This document shows, piece by piece, positions 9,415-19,624 of a DNA stretch of 43,756 bases (positions are counted from its first letter, which is position 1; each line of letters starts with the position of its first letter). Where the stretch lies: NCBI GenBank assembly GCA_040222015.1, contig JAVJWO010000055.1, positions 1-43,756 on the forward strand, given 5' to 3'. The notes beneath the pieces are model-generated. The model was not told the origin of the DNA. It made no database searches and saw only the letters and a list, made by a program, of their open reading frames with translations. A program made the translations under genes and the position numbers. This stretch comes from Coleofasciculus chthonoplastes F2-STO-03. GTDB taxonomy: Bacteria; Cyanobacteriota; Cyanobacteriia; Cyanobacteriales; Coleofasciculaceae.

Positions 9415-9545
9415 AGGCACGTACTTCCAGGTGCTTCCCCAGCTTGGATTATCTACAAACCTACTTGTTTAGGTGCTTGATTGTGAGGACATCTTGTTAA
9501 CGGTGGTCGAGGGGACTAACAACTTTACACGAGAGGATTATACCC
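9415..9545 (+). ncRNA. omegaRNA/HEARO-like scaffold, probably 5'-truncated
   Basis: acttccaggtgcttccccagcttggattatc...aggacatc...ggtcgaggggact...actttacacgagaggattat directly upstream of a PLMP ORF, resembling IscB/IsrB leader RNAs. Confidence 0.7.
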
Positions 9546-9929
9546 ATGATTCGTGTACCAGTTTTATCACCAGACGGTGAGCCATTAATGCCAGCTAAGG
9601 CTAGCCGTGTTCGCCGCTGGTTAAAGTCAGGGAAAGCCAAGGTAGTTGACCTAATGATTCCCGGTAAGGAAGGAAAGCGACGCGGTTACGGCGGAACAGT
9701 CACCCGCCACGGGTTCAGAAAAGGTGATTACGTCAAAGCAGTTAAAGCGGGTATCACCTACTATGGCTACGTCTCAGGCGATACCACAACCCAAGTTTCG
9801 GTCAGTAACCCCAACTGGAAACGGTTAGGACAGTTCACTGCCAAAAAAGTCCAATTATTGCAGCGAAACACCGGACTGGTGTCAACAGTTGGATTGTCAA
9901 ATCTCACCACATTGAGTGGTAAGATTTGA
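9546..9929 (+). pseudogene. isrB: Internally deleted IsrB (RRXRR family): PLMP domain fused in frame to the C-terminal domain
   Basis: RVPVLSPDGEPLMPAKASRVRRWLKSGKA joined at ~9648 to LMIPGKEGKRRGYGGTVTRHGFRKGDYV...WKRLGQF; no RuvC-I (GIDPG) or bridge helix. Confidence 0.85.
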
Positions 9930-9934
9930 CCTCT

Positions 9935-9983
9935 ATTCCTCTCCGACCTCAGCGAAGCAGGTCAGAGTCTCACGAGGTTCACG
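9935..9983 (+). mobile_element. IS200/IS605-type right end hairpin of the isrB element
   Basis: Stem ctccgacct (9941-9949)/aggtcagag (9959-9967), followed by gaggttcacg and then ATGA. Confidence 0.65.
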
Positions 9984-10817
9984 ATGAGCGATTCTTTTGA
10001 GGATGCCCAAGCGCCTCGCCCTAATCCCGATCAGAATACTGAATCCTCCTCGAAGGACTCAGAAAATGTCAATGACGAATGGGATTTGGTGGAGGAACTA
10101 GAGCCAGAGACGGAACCATCAACCAATGCTAGACCTGAAAGGCTAATCCCTAATCAGGACAGAAATTCGGTGCGTCAACAATCTCAGGCACAACAGCGGC
10201 AATTCAATACCACTGTCGTCATGGTGGAAACGGCGTTCCTCGCCAGTACAGCGAGTTTGATTTGGCTAATTAATTATTATTTTCCCCTCGGTCCACTCTT
10301 GAAGATGTTTTTCCCTGTGCCAATCGCCTTGGTGTATATGCGTCGGGGAAATCGAGCCTCTTGGATGGCGGCACTGGTTTCAGGGTTATTGCTATCGGTG
10401 CTACAAGGACCAACCCGCAGTATCCTGTTTTTGATTCCCTACGGTTTGATGGGCGTTCAGTTGGGCGCATTGTGGAAACGTCAAGCCAATTGGTTATTTT
10501 CCATTGGAATTGGGACGCTACTGGGAACTGTGGGATTCTTTTTTCGCTTTTGGCTGCTCTCAATTCTTTTGAGTGAGGATCTGTGGGTTTATGTGATGAC
10601 TCAAATTACCGAATTAGTGGAATGGGGGTTTGTCAAGCTGGGGCTACTCGCTCAACCCAGTTTAACGTTAATTCAGGTGGTGGCAATTGTGGCAATTGTG
10701 GTCAATAATGCCATTTATTTATTTGTGGTTCATCTGGTGGCGTTACTCATCTTTGATCGCCTGAAAAGTCCCATTCCTCGTCCGCCTCAGTGGGTACAAG
10801 TTTTGCTGGATTATTAA
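9984..10817 (+). CDS. DUF2232-family membrane protein
   Basis: MVETAFLASTASLIWLINYYFPLGP...GPTRS...LLSEDLW...IPRPPQW, a conserved cyanobacterial membrane protein. Confidence 0.85.
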   Translation: MSDSFEDAQAPRPNPDQNTESSSKDSENVNDEWDLVEELEPETEPSTNARPERLIPNQDRNSVRQQSQAQQRQFNTTVVMVETAFLASTASLIWLINYYFPLGPLLKMFFPVPIALVYMRRGNRASWMAALVSGLLLSVLQGPTRSILFLIPYGLMGVQLGALWKRQANWLFSIGIGTLLGTVGFFFRFWLLSILLSEDLWVYVMTQITELVEWGFVKLGLLAQPSLTLIQVVAIVAIVVNNAIYLFVVHLVALLIFDRLKSPIPRPPQWVQVLLDY

Positions 10818-10914
10818 GTTATGTAAAAATAATAAATCAAAGGCTTACAAATAATGTAGCTGGCTTGGCGCTCCCTTGAGTATGACGTAGCTGGCTTATT
10901 TTCAGGAAGCGATT

Positions 10915-10996
10915 ATGACAAATGACAAATGACAAATGACAAATGACAAATGACAAATGACAAATGACAAATGACAAATGACAAATGACAAATGAC
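10915..10996. repeat. STRR heptamer tract (atgacaa) x11.7
   Basis: Perfect tandem atgacaa over 82 bp. Confidence 0.97.
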
Positions 10997-11092
10997 GTAT
11001 CTGTCAATATTGCTACAACAGGGTTGGCTCACCTGTTGATACGTTGGTAATTCGCTAAGATAACAGATTAAGTAGGTTACAGGTCACTAGAT

Positions 11093-11596
11093 ATGTCTTT
11101 ATTGTTTATCATTCCCTTGGGGATTTTCCTCGTCACTGCGTATCTTTTTAAACAATTGGCTAATGAAATGGCTTATCTTGCCGCTGCCATTGCTTTAGTT
11201 AGCTTAGTTGTAACGTTATGTTTAGCACCCTGGCAAATTCAATTATTGCTGCTAGCATTAGTCATTTTTAGCAATCATAGACGCAGTTCTTCATCGTCTC
11301 AGCCCGCCACAGAGTCCTCATTGCTGGATGAGAATAACCTTAAGCTGGTTTATCGAGGCGTTAACTATGACCTAAGCCCTGCCCAGGTTGAGGTAACGGA
11401 AGATGAGGTGATCGGAAAATATCGGGGTCAGGCTTTGAGAGTTCACCATTTAGTGAAACCTCCGGCTACGTCAACTCTCTTACCCTTGAAATATCGAGGG
11501 GTTAGCGTTAGCGATCAAAAATCGCTGATACCTGTGGTAAAAGAACAGGAATTAACCCAAAACAGTAATTGGAGTAAAGGCGGTAGGATAGATTAA
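11093..11596 (+). CDS. DUF4278-domain protein with N-terminal membrane segments
   Basis: Three YRG motifs (LVYRGVNY, GKYRG, LKYRGV) after a hydrophobic N-terminus. Confidence 0.8.
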   Translation: MSLLFIIPLGIFLVTAYLFKQLANEMAYLAAAIALVSLVVTLCLAPWQIQLLLLALVIFSNHRRSSSSSQPATESSLLDENNLKLVYRGVNYDLSPAQVEVTEDEVIGKYRGQALRVHHLVKPPATSTLLPLKYRGVSVSDQKSLIPVVKEQELTQNSNWSKGGRID

Positions 11597-11630
11597 CTCT
11601 GAAGTGACGAGTCGTTGATAAGGAGAAACT

Positions 11631-12593
11631 ATGCGGATTGCTCATAATATCACAGAAGTAATTGGTCACACTCCCCTAATTCAGCTCAACCGGATTCCTC
11701 AAGCCGAGGGATGTGTAGGACGAATTGTGGTGAAACTGGAGGGAATGAACCCTGCCGCCTCTGTGAAAGATCGCATCGGGATGAGTATGATTCGGGCAGC
11801 AGAAGAAGCGGGTCAGATTCATCCTGGAAAAACGGTGTTAGTGGAACCGACATCGGGGAATACAGGTATTGCCCTAGCGATGGTAGCTGCCGCTAAAGGA
11901 TATCAGCTAATCTTGACGATGCCCGATACGATGAGCATGGAACGGCGATCTATGCTGAAAGCGTATGGAGCCAAACTAGAGCTGACACCCGGAAGCGAGG
12001 GAATGAAAGGAGCAATTCGCCGAGCCAACGAAATTACCGAAAGCACTCCTGAAGCCTTTATGCTGCAACAGTTTCAGAATCCAGCTAATCCCAAAATTCA
12101 TCGAGAGACAACGGCTGAAGAAATTTGGGAAGATACAGAGGGTCAGGTCGATATTCTTATTTCTGGCGTTGGTACTGGTGGTACGATTACTGGTATTGCC
12201 GAAGTGCTTAAGCAACGTAAACCCGATTTTACCGCGATCGCAGTGGAACCCACCAGTAGTCCAGTTCTCTCTGGCGGACAAGCTGGACCCCATAAGATTC
12301 AAGGGATTGGTGCTGGCTTCGTCCCTCAAGTTTTGCGTACAGACTTGATTGATGAAGTGGTTCAAGTCAGTGATGAAGATGCTATCGCTTTTGGTCGCCG
12401 TTTGGCACGAGAAGAAGGGTTGTTATCTGGAATCTCTTCAGGTGCAGCTTTATGTGCCGCGATTCAGGTGGCGAAACGTCCAGAAAATGCGGGTAAGTTA
12501 ATTGTTATGGTACAACCCAGCTTTGGTGAACGCTATCTGAGTACGCCTTTGTTTCGAGAACTGGATCAATCGGAAACACCTGTCTTGGTTTAA
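11631..12593 (+). CDS. cysK: Cysteine synthase A
   Basis: [13 protein letters not shown] lysine, [34 protein letters not shown] upstream. Confidence 0.97.
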   Translation: MRIAHNITEVIGHTPLIQLNRIPQAEGCVGRIVVKLEGMNPAASVKDRIGMSMIRAAEEAGQIHPGKTVLVEPTSGNTGIALAMVAAAKGYQLILTMPDTMSMERRSMLKAYGAKLELTPGSEGMKGAIRRANEITESTPEAFMLQQFQNPANPKIHRETTAEEIWEDTEGQVDILISGVGTGGTITGIAEVLKQRKPDFTAIAVEPTSSPVLSGGQAGPHKIQGIGAGFVPQVLRTDLIDEVVQVSDEDAIAFGRRLAREEGLLSGISSGAALCAAIQVAKRPENAGKLIVMVQPSFGERYLSTPLFRELDQSETPVLV

Positions 12594-12634
12594 TGGTTAT
12601 TGGTCATTTGTCCTTTGTCATTCGTCCTTTGTAA

Positions 12635-13741
12635 TTGATCCGAATCTATACCCAGTTTGTTCAAGGAAATCAATGGTTGCAGCAGTATAGGGGAAAACCG
12701 CCTCTACTCGCTTGTATTTTAGGATTTACGGCAACAGGGTTGATCCCCGGCATTTCTGCGGCTGGGGCAACTCCAGAGGATCGGAAGTATACTGCGATCG
12801 CGGATGCTGAATTCTTAGTTAATGGTTTTACTCCCAATCCTCAATATCCTTTACCTCCCCTAGATGCTGGGGCGTCGCCTGTCCTGATTTCTCGTGCTGT
12901 TGTTGAGGCTTGTCACCTTCCGGTTTATCTATTCAATGCGGGTTTACCTCAACCGCCAGCCGTCCCAGCTATAGATTTAGGAGGTTTACCCGCTAACTGT
13001 TTAACCACAGGAATTGCCTTGCCCATCAACACTGTAAAACAGCTATTTGAGCAAGGCTTAATTTGGGGTCAAAAGCTGGCAACTCTGACCCCAAACGGAT
13101 ATGTAATGATTGCTGAATGCGTCGTTGGCGGAACCACAACGGCTTTGAGTGTGCTGACAGGGTTGGGTATTGCCGCCATGGGTAAAGTCAATAGCAGCCA
13201 TCCTCACTGTAATCATCGCCAAAAAGCAGAAATCGTTCGGATTGGACTACAACAGGCTGACTGGGAAACGAAACTGGCACAATTCATTGATCCCTTCGAG
13301 TTAGTCGCCGCCGTAGGTGATCCCATGCAAATTACAGCCGCCGGAATGGTGATTGGCGCAAGTCAAAGCGTTGGTGTTTTGTTAGCTGGAGGGACACAAA
13401 TGCTGGCGGTTTATGCACTAGCACGGGCGTTGGCGCTTCTTCGTCTTGATTCCTTACCATGGCAACCTAAGCAGGTGGTTGTCGGTACAACTCGCTGGGT
13501 GGCAGATGATCCCACGGGTGATACTGTGGGATTAGCACGAGCGATCGGTGATGTTCCCCTTTTGGCAACTGACTTAAGTTTTGCCCAGTCAAGTTATCCG
13601 CAGCTACGGGCTTACGAACAAGGATATGTCAAGGAAGGTGTCGGTGCGGGAGGATGTGCGATCGCGTCCCATCTTTACCAAGGATGGAACACGACTCAAT
13701 TACTGCAAGCCATTGAAGCACTTCTGGCTCAACACCATTAA
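12635..13741 (+). CDS. cobT: Nicotinate mononucleotide-dependent phosphoribosyltransferase CobT (cyanobacterial type)
   Basis: ISAAGATP, ECVVGGTTTA, VGDPMQ, LAGGTQM, YVKEGVGAGG. Confidence 0.92.
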   Translation: MIRIYTQFVQGNQWLQQYRGKPPLLACILGFTATGLIPGISAAGATPEDRKYTAIADAEFLVNGFTPNPQYPLPPLDAGASPVLISRAVVEACHLPVYLFNAGLPQPPAVPAIDLGGLPANCLTTGIALPINTVKQLFEQGLIWGQKLATLTPNGYVMIAECVVGGTTTALSVLTGLGIAAMGKVNSSHPHCNHRQKAEIVRIGLQQADWETKLAQFIDPFELVAAVGDPMQITAAGMVIGASQSVGVLLAGGTQMLAVYALARALALLRLDSLPWQPKQVVVGTTRWVADDPTGDTVGLARAIGDVPLLATDLSFAQSSYPQLRAYEQGYVKEGVGAGGCAIASHLYQGWNTTQLLQAIEALLAQHH

Positions 13742-13840
13742 TTCAAGGAGAACAAGTTAAGTAAGTAGGATCAATCATCACGATACGATAAGGTCATTTG
13801 TCATTTGTCATTTGTTGATTGTTTATAGTTCATCCTCTTT

Positions 13841-13916
13841 CTCCCTCTGCTTCCCCTGCTCCCTCTGCTTCCCCTGCTCCCTCTGCTTCCCCTGCTCCCC
13901 CTGCTCTCCCAGCTCC
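13841..13916. repeat. 9/18-bp tandem repeat ctccctctgcttcccctg x3 plus degenerate copies
   Basis: Direct reading; lies between convergent genes next to a tcatttg heptamer tract at ~13794-13814. Confidence 0.9.
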
Positions 13917-13923
13917 GTTGAAC

Positions 13924-14343
13924 TCACGAGTGAATGCGGCGGGCGAGAAGCTGTTCTTCTAAAGCCGCAATGCGATTGTAAGCGGCGGTCAATTGGGCGG
14001 TGAGACGTTGCACTTGCACATCAGCAGACAGTAAATTCTCTGAATTATGATTTCCGTTGTGATTCGTATGAAATTGAGCGACTTCACCCTTATCCTCGAT
14101 CAGGATATCTTGATGTTCCATCACAGAGTCAAGCAGTTGGGGATTCGCATAGACGGGGATGTCATTAACCTTTGCGGTTGATGCCTGTAGCTCAGAGTCT
14201 ACAGTTGACATCGGTTGGACTTGAGGGAAACACTGGGATACTTTGTGGTTGAGTTGCTCGATACTTTGATATACGGCATCAACTTTATGATTTAGGGTGT
14301 TGATTTGTTGTTGAACTGTATTCATCTGATTACCAATTTCCAT
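13924..14343 (-). CDS. Hypothetical coiled-coil protein
   Basis: Conserved-looking C-terminus QVQRLTAQLTAAYNRIAALEEQLLA. Confidence 0.8.
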   Translation of the reverse strand: MEIGNQMNTVQQQINTLNHKVDAVYQSIEQLNHKVSQCFPQVQPMSTVDSELQASTAKVNDIPVYANPQLLDSVMEHQDILIEDKGEVAQFHTNHNGNHNSENLLSADVQVQRLTAQLTAAYNRIAALEEQLLARRIHS

Positions 14344-14775
14344 AGCGAGTTCTATTTCATGCTAGTCAATTTACACTCAAAAGCTACCTTCCTGCGGATT
14401 CATTTAACTATTTGAGACAATTCATATCCCTATATCCGGCTAATTGTTCACAGCGCACAAGTTTCAACCATTAAGTCAACCCTCAAAATGATTTATCTTG
14501 GGCTTTAATCACCTTTTTTTCTAGATTTTAGCTTTGTCTTCCTTAATAATGTCGCCGATGTAACTATTTAATATTTTATTTACAATTGTGCCTTCAACTC
14601 AGTCCGAACTCTGGATAAGTTCCCAGATTTACTCAACGAGTTACGGATTACTGGTCACTTATATAGCAGATGGATTCTTTGGCCGTCAGTCTCACAGAAC
14701 ACCAAAATTGTGTTAGTTTGTTGGGAGCAAGCGTATACAACGTAGTATTTTTACTCAATTCACCAGATTTTTGGG

Positions 14776-15969
14776 ATGAAACGACGCTCCTTGATCATGG
14801 GCGCTAGCGCCCTAGCACTGGGGCAATTGGCGTCTGGGTGTGGTAATAGACAGTCAACGGTTTTGAATGTAAGACTATTGCAAAATTCAATTCCGGTTCA
14901 GTTATTGGCTGAATTTCGCCAAACCCTAGAGTCACCCGTGAGGCTCAAGTTTGACCCACAAGCCCAGCTTAAGGATATATACCAGAACCTTCGGGTGTGG
15001 AAGCGACAAGCAGAGAATCCAGAATCCTCTTCAGGATTTTCCCTACCTCTGATTAGTCGTAAACCCCCTGCGATCGCAAATTTGGTCACCTTGGGTGATT
15101 ATTGGTTAGAATCTGCGATTCAGCAGCAACTGATTCAACCCCTAGAACTGGTAGGATTATCGGGATGGCAACAGTTACCCCCGCGTTGGCAACAGATTGT
15201 CAGACGCAATCGCCAAGGACAACTTGACGAATCGGGATTAATTTGGGGTGCACCCTATCGCTGGGGAACGGTAGTGATTGCCTATCGCCAGGATAAGTTT
15301 GAGGAATTAGGGTGGACACCGACAGATTGGAGTGACTTGTGGCGTCCAGAATTACGCGATCGCATTTCGTTACTTGATAGTCCGCGAGAGGTGATTGGGT
15401 TGACCTTGAAAAAATTAGGGTTCTCCTATAACATCAAAGATTTGAGTCAAGTCCCCAATCTGAAAACCGAACTCTTAGACCTGCATAAACAGGTTAAACT
15501 CTACAGTTCAGATCACTATCTAGAACCTTTAGTATTAGGCGATACCTGGTTAGCTGTGGGTTGGTCTACCGATATCCTATCCCTGCGCGGACGCGATCGC
15601 CTCCTACAAGCTGTCATTCCTGGTTCAGGAACCTCTCTTTGGGCAGATGTGTGGGTACAACCTGCTGTGCAAAAGACGGCTGCTGAATCGCCAGAACCAG
15701 AAACTTCCCAATCATTAACTCAGCAATGGATTGATTTTTGCTGGCGACAACAATCCGCGATCGACATTTCTTTATTAAGTCATGCCGCTTCACCAATTCT
15801 GGTTACCTTGAATCCGGCTGAGTTACCGAACCCACTGCAAACAAATGAGCTTCTCTTACCAGAACCCTCTATTCTCGAAGCTAGTGAATTTCTGTATCCT
15901 TTACCCCAAGAAGCGATTGAGCAGTATCAGAAACTGTGGCAAGAAATTCGCACAATACAGTTTGTTTAG
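14776..15969 (+). CDS. Extracellular solute-binding lipoprotein (PotD/polyamine-like)
   Basis: MKRRSL twin-Arg-like signal with lipobox ASGC; PYRWG, DWSDLW, GTSLWADVW motifs. Confidence 0.88.
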   Translation: MKRRSLIMGASALALGQLASGCGNRQSTVLNVRLLQNSIPVQLLAEFRQTLESPVRLKFDPQAQLKDIYQNLRVWKRQAENPESSSGFSLPLISRKPPAIANLVTLGDYWLESAIQQQLIQPLELVGLSGWQQLPPRWQQIVRRNRQGQLDESGLIWGAPYRWGTVVIAYRQDKFEELGWTPTDWSDLWRPELRDRISLLDSPREVIGLTLKKLGFSYNIKDLSQVPNLKTELLDLHKQVKLYSSDHYLEPLVLGDTWLAVGWSTDILSLRGRDRLLQAVIPGSGTSLWADVWVQPAVQKTAAESPEPETSQSLTQQWIDFCWRQQSAIDISLLSHAASPILVTLNPAELPNPLQTNELLLPEPSILEASEFLYPLPQEAIEQYQKLWQEIRTIQFV

Positions 15970-16066
15970 TTATGGTTGCTGAATAAGTAGGGAACAGGCA
16001 ACAGGCAACAGGCAACAGGGAATACACAATTTAAATGCGTTTTAGCTTAGCTACCCCCGTTATAAC

Positions 16067-16114
16067 CTAGTCCGCGCAGGCGGACTTTGTTTGTGTAGCT
16101 GCGATTTCAATCGC
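16067..16114 (+). repeat. Dispersed double-hairpin repeat
   Basis: agtccgcgcaggcggact-ttgtttgtgtag-ctgcgatttcaatcgc; related copy at ~39898-39945. Confidence 0.7.
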
Positions 16115-16123
16115 TTCCTCTTT

Positions 16124-16909
16124 TTAGCATCCCAGTTTCTGGTAATGACGCTTGAGCAGGCGTTGAGCTGCATCCGAGGAAATATTCACGGGTTCAAAGG
16201 CTTTAGCATCGAATCGGCTGGTGCTAATCGTCATTAATTGCCAATTGCCTTGCTCATGCTGGAGAATGGCATCTCCACAAAGCTCTTCCATTGCCCAAGT
16301 TACAATCGCATAAGGTTCATCAATGGTGATTTCTAGAAACCGAACATTGTCGTGCCATTTATCCCAGTCAGCTAGCAGCTTTTTTTCTAACTTATCTTTG
16401 CTTTCGTTAATGCTGATTTGCTGATGATCGGTAAGAACTGGGGCTTTAACTAACAAGACCGTTAGCAAATTTAAGTGAATATTTAAATGATAGATCATCG
16501 CCCCCAAACGACGAATTGCATAAACTAAATTTTCATCAACATTCTTTAGATCACTCTGATCAGTACTGTGTTGAAGTTTATTTCGACGTTCCAGGGAATG
16601 ATTATAATCTTCAACTAAACCGAATATGCTCGTTGTCTTGCTGTCAAGCATGTAGAGAACATACTCATCCACCAATAAATGTTGAGGCGGAATTTTATAA
16701 ATAATTCTTTTTAATTGTTCTACATTGATTGGCTCAACCTGACTCTTCTCAAATGCTTGAAGGTTGGGATGATCGAGTAAGCTCAGTTCATGGCGAATGA
16801 CTTGATCCGCTTTACGAAGCTTCAAAAAAATCGTATCTACTTCAACCGCTAGGGAAGATAGTAATACTTTCTCTTCCTCTCTTTTAAGTTCTTTGTTGTT
16901 CAAACACAT
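16124..16909 (-). CDS. Hypothetical protein
   Basis: 261-aa ORF with no recognised motif. Confidence 0.7.
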   Translation of the reverse strand: MCLNNKELKREEEKVLLSSLAVEVDTIFLKLRKADQVIRHELSLLDHPNLQAFEKSQVEPINVEQLKRIIYKIPPQHLLVDEYVLYMLDSKTTSIFGLVEDYNHSLERRNKLQHSTDQSDLKNVDENLVYAIRRLGAMIYHLNIHLNLLTVLLVKAPVLTDHQQISINESKDKLEKKLLADWDKWHDNVRFLEITIDEPYAIVTWAMEELCGDAILQHEQGNWQLMTISTSRFDAKAFEPVNISSDAAQRLLKRHYQKLGC

Positions 16910-17335
16910 TTGAGTTGCATTAAGAATGATTGAGCAAAAACAGTGACATTAAAACTGCTATTGCCTGTCGGCTTGGTTAGGATTAGGCTCACGTCTAAGA
17001 CCCTAAGTCGGTAGAAGGACTTTGACTGGTGTTTTACCTTTGATTAGCAACCCTGATGTATTGAGTAACCTTGCCTGCTTTCTCTTTGGCGAGATATTCG
17101 CGTTACCCAATTTTTGTAGACGGGTCAGTCTGTAATACGTAATGTATAACATGTAAGACACTGTGTACATTCTAATTCCTATTGGCTGACATCAGCAAGT
17201 CGGTTTAGCCAACTTTATCAAGATTTCATCCCTGCAAACAAAACTGGGAGCAACGGCGATCGCAAGCCGATAAGCTGCATCTGGAACCCAAATTCTATTA
17301 CAATCTGTAAAGAAAACTGAAAAGGAAGAGCTACG

Positions 17336-18805
17336 ATGCGCGTTGCGATCGTTGGGGCAGGACTTGCCGGAATGGCGACGGCTGTAGAATTAGTCGATGC
17401 CGGACATGAGGTAGAACTGTTTGAATCCCGTCCATTCGTGGGCGGCAAAGTTGGCAGTTGGGTAGACGCCGAGGGCAATCACATCGAGATGGGGTTGCAC
17501 GTATTTTTTGGCTGTTACTACAACTTGTTTGACTTGATGCAGAAGGTAGGGGCATTGGAGAACCTACGTCTCAAGGAACATAGCCATACCTTTATTAATC
17601 GGGGTGGGCGCACGGGGGCGCTAGACTTTCGCTTTATTACAGGAGCGCCGTTTAATGGACTCAAAGCCTTTTTCACCACCTCCCAGCTATCACTTCAGGA
17701 TAAGCTACAAAACGCGATCGCACTCGGAACCAGTCCCCTAGTACGTGGCTTGATTGACTTTGACGGGGCAATGCAAACCATTCGCGACTTAGATAAAATT
17801 AGCTTTGCCGACTGGTTCCGCAAGCATGGAGGGTCTAACGGCAGCTTAAAGCGAATGTGGAATCCCATCGCCTACGCCCTCGGTTTTATCGATACGGAGA
17901 ATATCTCTGCCCGTTGCATGTTGACAATCTTCCAGTTTTTTGCTGCGAAAACAGAAGCCTCAGTTCTCAGGATGCTGGAAGGTTCGCCGAATGAATATTT
18001 ACATCAACCGATTATCAATTACCTGGAAGCGCGAGGGGCAAAAATTTATACCCGGCGACGAGTTAGAGAAATCCTCTATACCGAGACAGGAGACTCAGCC
18101 AACGTGACAGGTTTAGTCATCGCCCAAGGCGAAAGCGAAGAAACCATTACCGCCGATGCTTACGTTTGCGCCGCCGATGTGCCAGGAGTGCAGCGTCTGT
18201 TGCCAGAATCATGGCGCAAATGGTCAGAGTTTGACAATCTCTATAACCTAGACACCGTACCTGTCGCCACCGTACAACTGCGGTTTGATGGCTGGGTGAC
18301 AGAACTCCATGATCCTCAAAAAAGGAAGCAACTGGCACAAGCTACAGGGATGGATAATCTCCTCTATACTCCCGATGCGGACTTCTCCTGCTTTGCCGAC
18401 TTAGCCTTAACCAGTCCCGGTGACTATTACAAAGAAGGACAAGGGTCACTGTTGCAATTAGTACTAACGCCCGGTGATCCATTTATCCGGCAAACTAATG
18501 AATCCATCGCCCACCATGTCCTCCAGCAAGTCCACGAACTCTTCCCCTCTTCACGAGAATTGAACATGACCTGGTACAGTGTGGTTAAATTAGCTCAATC
18601 TCTTTACCGAGAAGCTCCAGGAATGGACCTTTATCGTCCTAACCAAAAAACCTCAGTGAGCAACTTCTTCTTGGCAGGTAGCTACACTCAACAAGATTAC
18701 ATCGATAGTATGGAAGGAGCGACCTTATCCGGGCGGCGTGCGGCTAAAGCAATTCTAGAAAATGCTCAACAATCTGTAGAACCCAACCTCGTCACCACGA
18801 CTTAA
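17336..18805 (+). CDS. crtQ: 9,9'-di-cis-zeta-carotene desaturase
   Basis: GAGLAG FAD loop, [33 protein letters not shown]; followed by an SRPBCC gene. Confidence 0.95.
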   Translation: MRVAIVGAGLAGMATAVELVDAGHEVELFESRPFVGGKVGSWVDAEGNHIEMGLHVFFGCYYNLFDLMQKVGALENLRLKEHSHTFINRGGRTGALDFRFITGAPFNGLKAFFTTSQLSLQDKLQNAIALGTSPLVRGLIDFDGAMQTIRDLDKISFADWFRKHGGSNGSLKRMWNPIAYALGFIDTENISARCMLTIFQFFAAKTEASVLRMLEGSPNEYLHQPIINYLEARGAKIYTRRRVREILYTETGDSANVTGLVIAQGESEETITADAYVCAADVPGVQRLLPESWRKWSEFDNLYNLDTVPVATVQLRFDGWVTELHDPQKRKQLAQATGMDNLLYTPDADFSCFADLALTSPGDYYKEGQGSLLQLVLTPGDPFIRQTNESIAHHVLQQVHELFPSSRELNMTWYSVVKLAQSLYREAPGMDLYRPNQKTSVSNFFLAGSYTQQDYIDSMEGATLSGRRAAKAILENAQQSVEPNLVTTT

Positions 18806-18835
18806 AAGATATCTAAGAACCGGGAAAACAGGGGT

Positions 18836-18900
18836 GTAGGGGCGGGTTTTACTACTATCGTTTCTTCCCTCACAAAAGATGCCACGAAACCTGCCCCGAC
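18836..18900 (+). repeat. GTAG-type REP-like long palindrome
   Basis: gtaggggcgggttt...aaacctgccccgac; relatives at 33871-33933, 35936-35998 and 39697-39763. Confidence 0.8.
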
Positions 18901-18937
18901 TAAGTACAAGAATTATGTGACAAATGACAAATGACAA

Positions 18938-19387
18938 ATGACAAATAACTCTGACTGGCTAGAACACAGTGTACAAGTTGAAGTCGAGGTGCCAATGGAA
19001 ACCGTTTGGAGCCTCTGGTCTGATTTAGAGCAAATGCCTCGCTGGATGAAGTGGATTGACTCGGTACAAGTATTAGAAGATAATCCAGATTTATCCCGTT
19101 GGAAACTCGCCAGCAGTGGCTTTGAATTTAGCTGGATCTCTCGCATTCTAAAATTAGTCCCCCATCAGATTATTCAGTGGGAATCTGTTGATGGTTTACC
19201 GAATCGGGGTGCAGTGCGCTTTTATGATCGCCACGGCAGTAGTATTGTTAAACTTACGGTAGCTTACGATATTCCCGGCATCTTAGGTAAGTTGATGGAT
19301 GGTTTGTTTTTAGGTCGAATTGTCGAGTCTACGATTCAAGCAGATTTGGAGCGATTCCGGGAATATGCGCTTAAAATCCAAAGTTAA
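18938..19387 (+). CDS. SRPBCC/polyketide cyclase family protein
   Basis: WLEHSVQVEV...WSDLEQMPRWMKWI...DGLPNRGAVRF. Confidence 0.9.
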   Translation: MTNNSDWLEHSVQVEVEVPMETVWSLWSDLEQMPRWMKWIDSVQVLEDNPDLSRWKLASSGFEFSWISRILKLVPHQIIQWESVDGLPNRGAVRFYDRHGSSIVKLTVAYDIPGILGKLMDGLFLGRIVESTIQADLERFREYALKIQS

Positions 19388-19624
19388 TAATGGTGAAATT
19401 ATTGTAGTGCGAGCATCTTGCTCGCTACTAATACCCAATTTAAATGCATGACAGCTTAGTCACAGAATTCACAGAACTATTATGGCTGATACGGCTCCTA
19501 AAGCAAACAATGAAATCAATCCAAAAGAAGCCGGAAATCATTCTGATGTACCCAACCCCTAACTAAGCCAGTCGTGAGGTGGAACCAAAATGGTGATGAT
19601 CGCCATTAAGCATGGTATCGTTTG

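Noticed and set aside
13812..14003. Cys-rich ORF (SLCFPC repeats); likewise the GSW-repeat ORF at 38941-39156
   Set aside because: Translation artefacts of 9/18-bp DNA repeats, not RiPP precursors or metallothioneins
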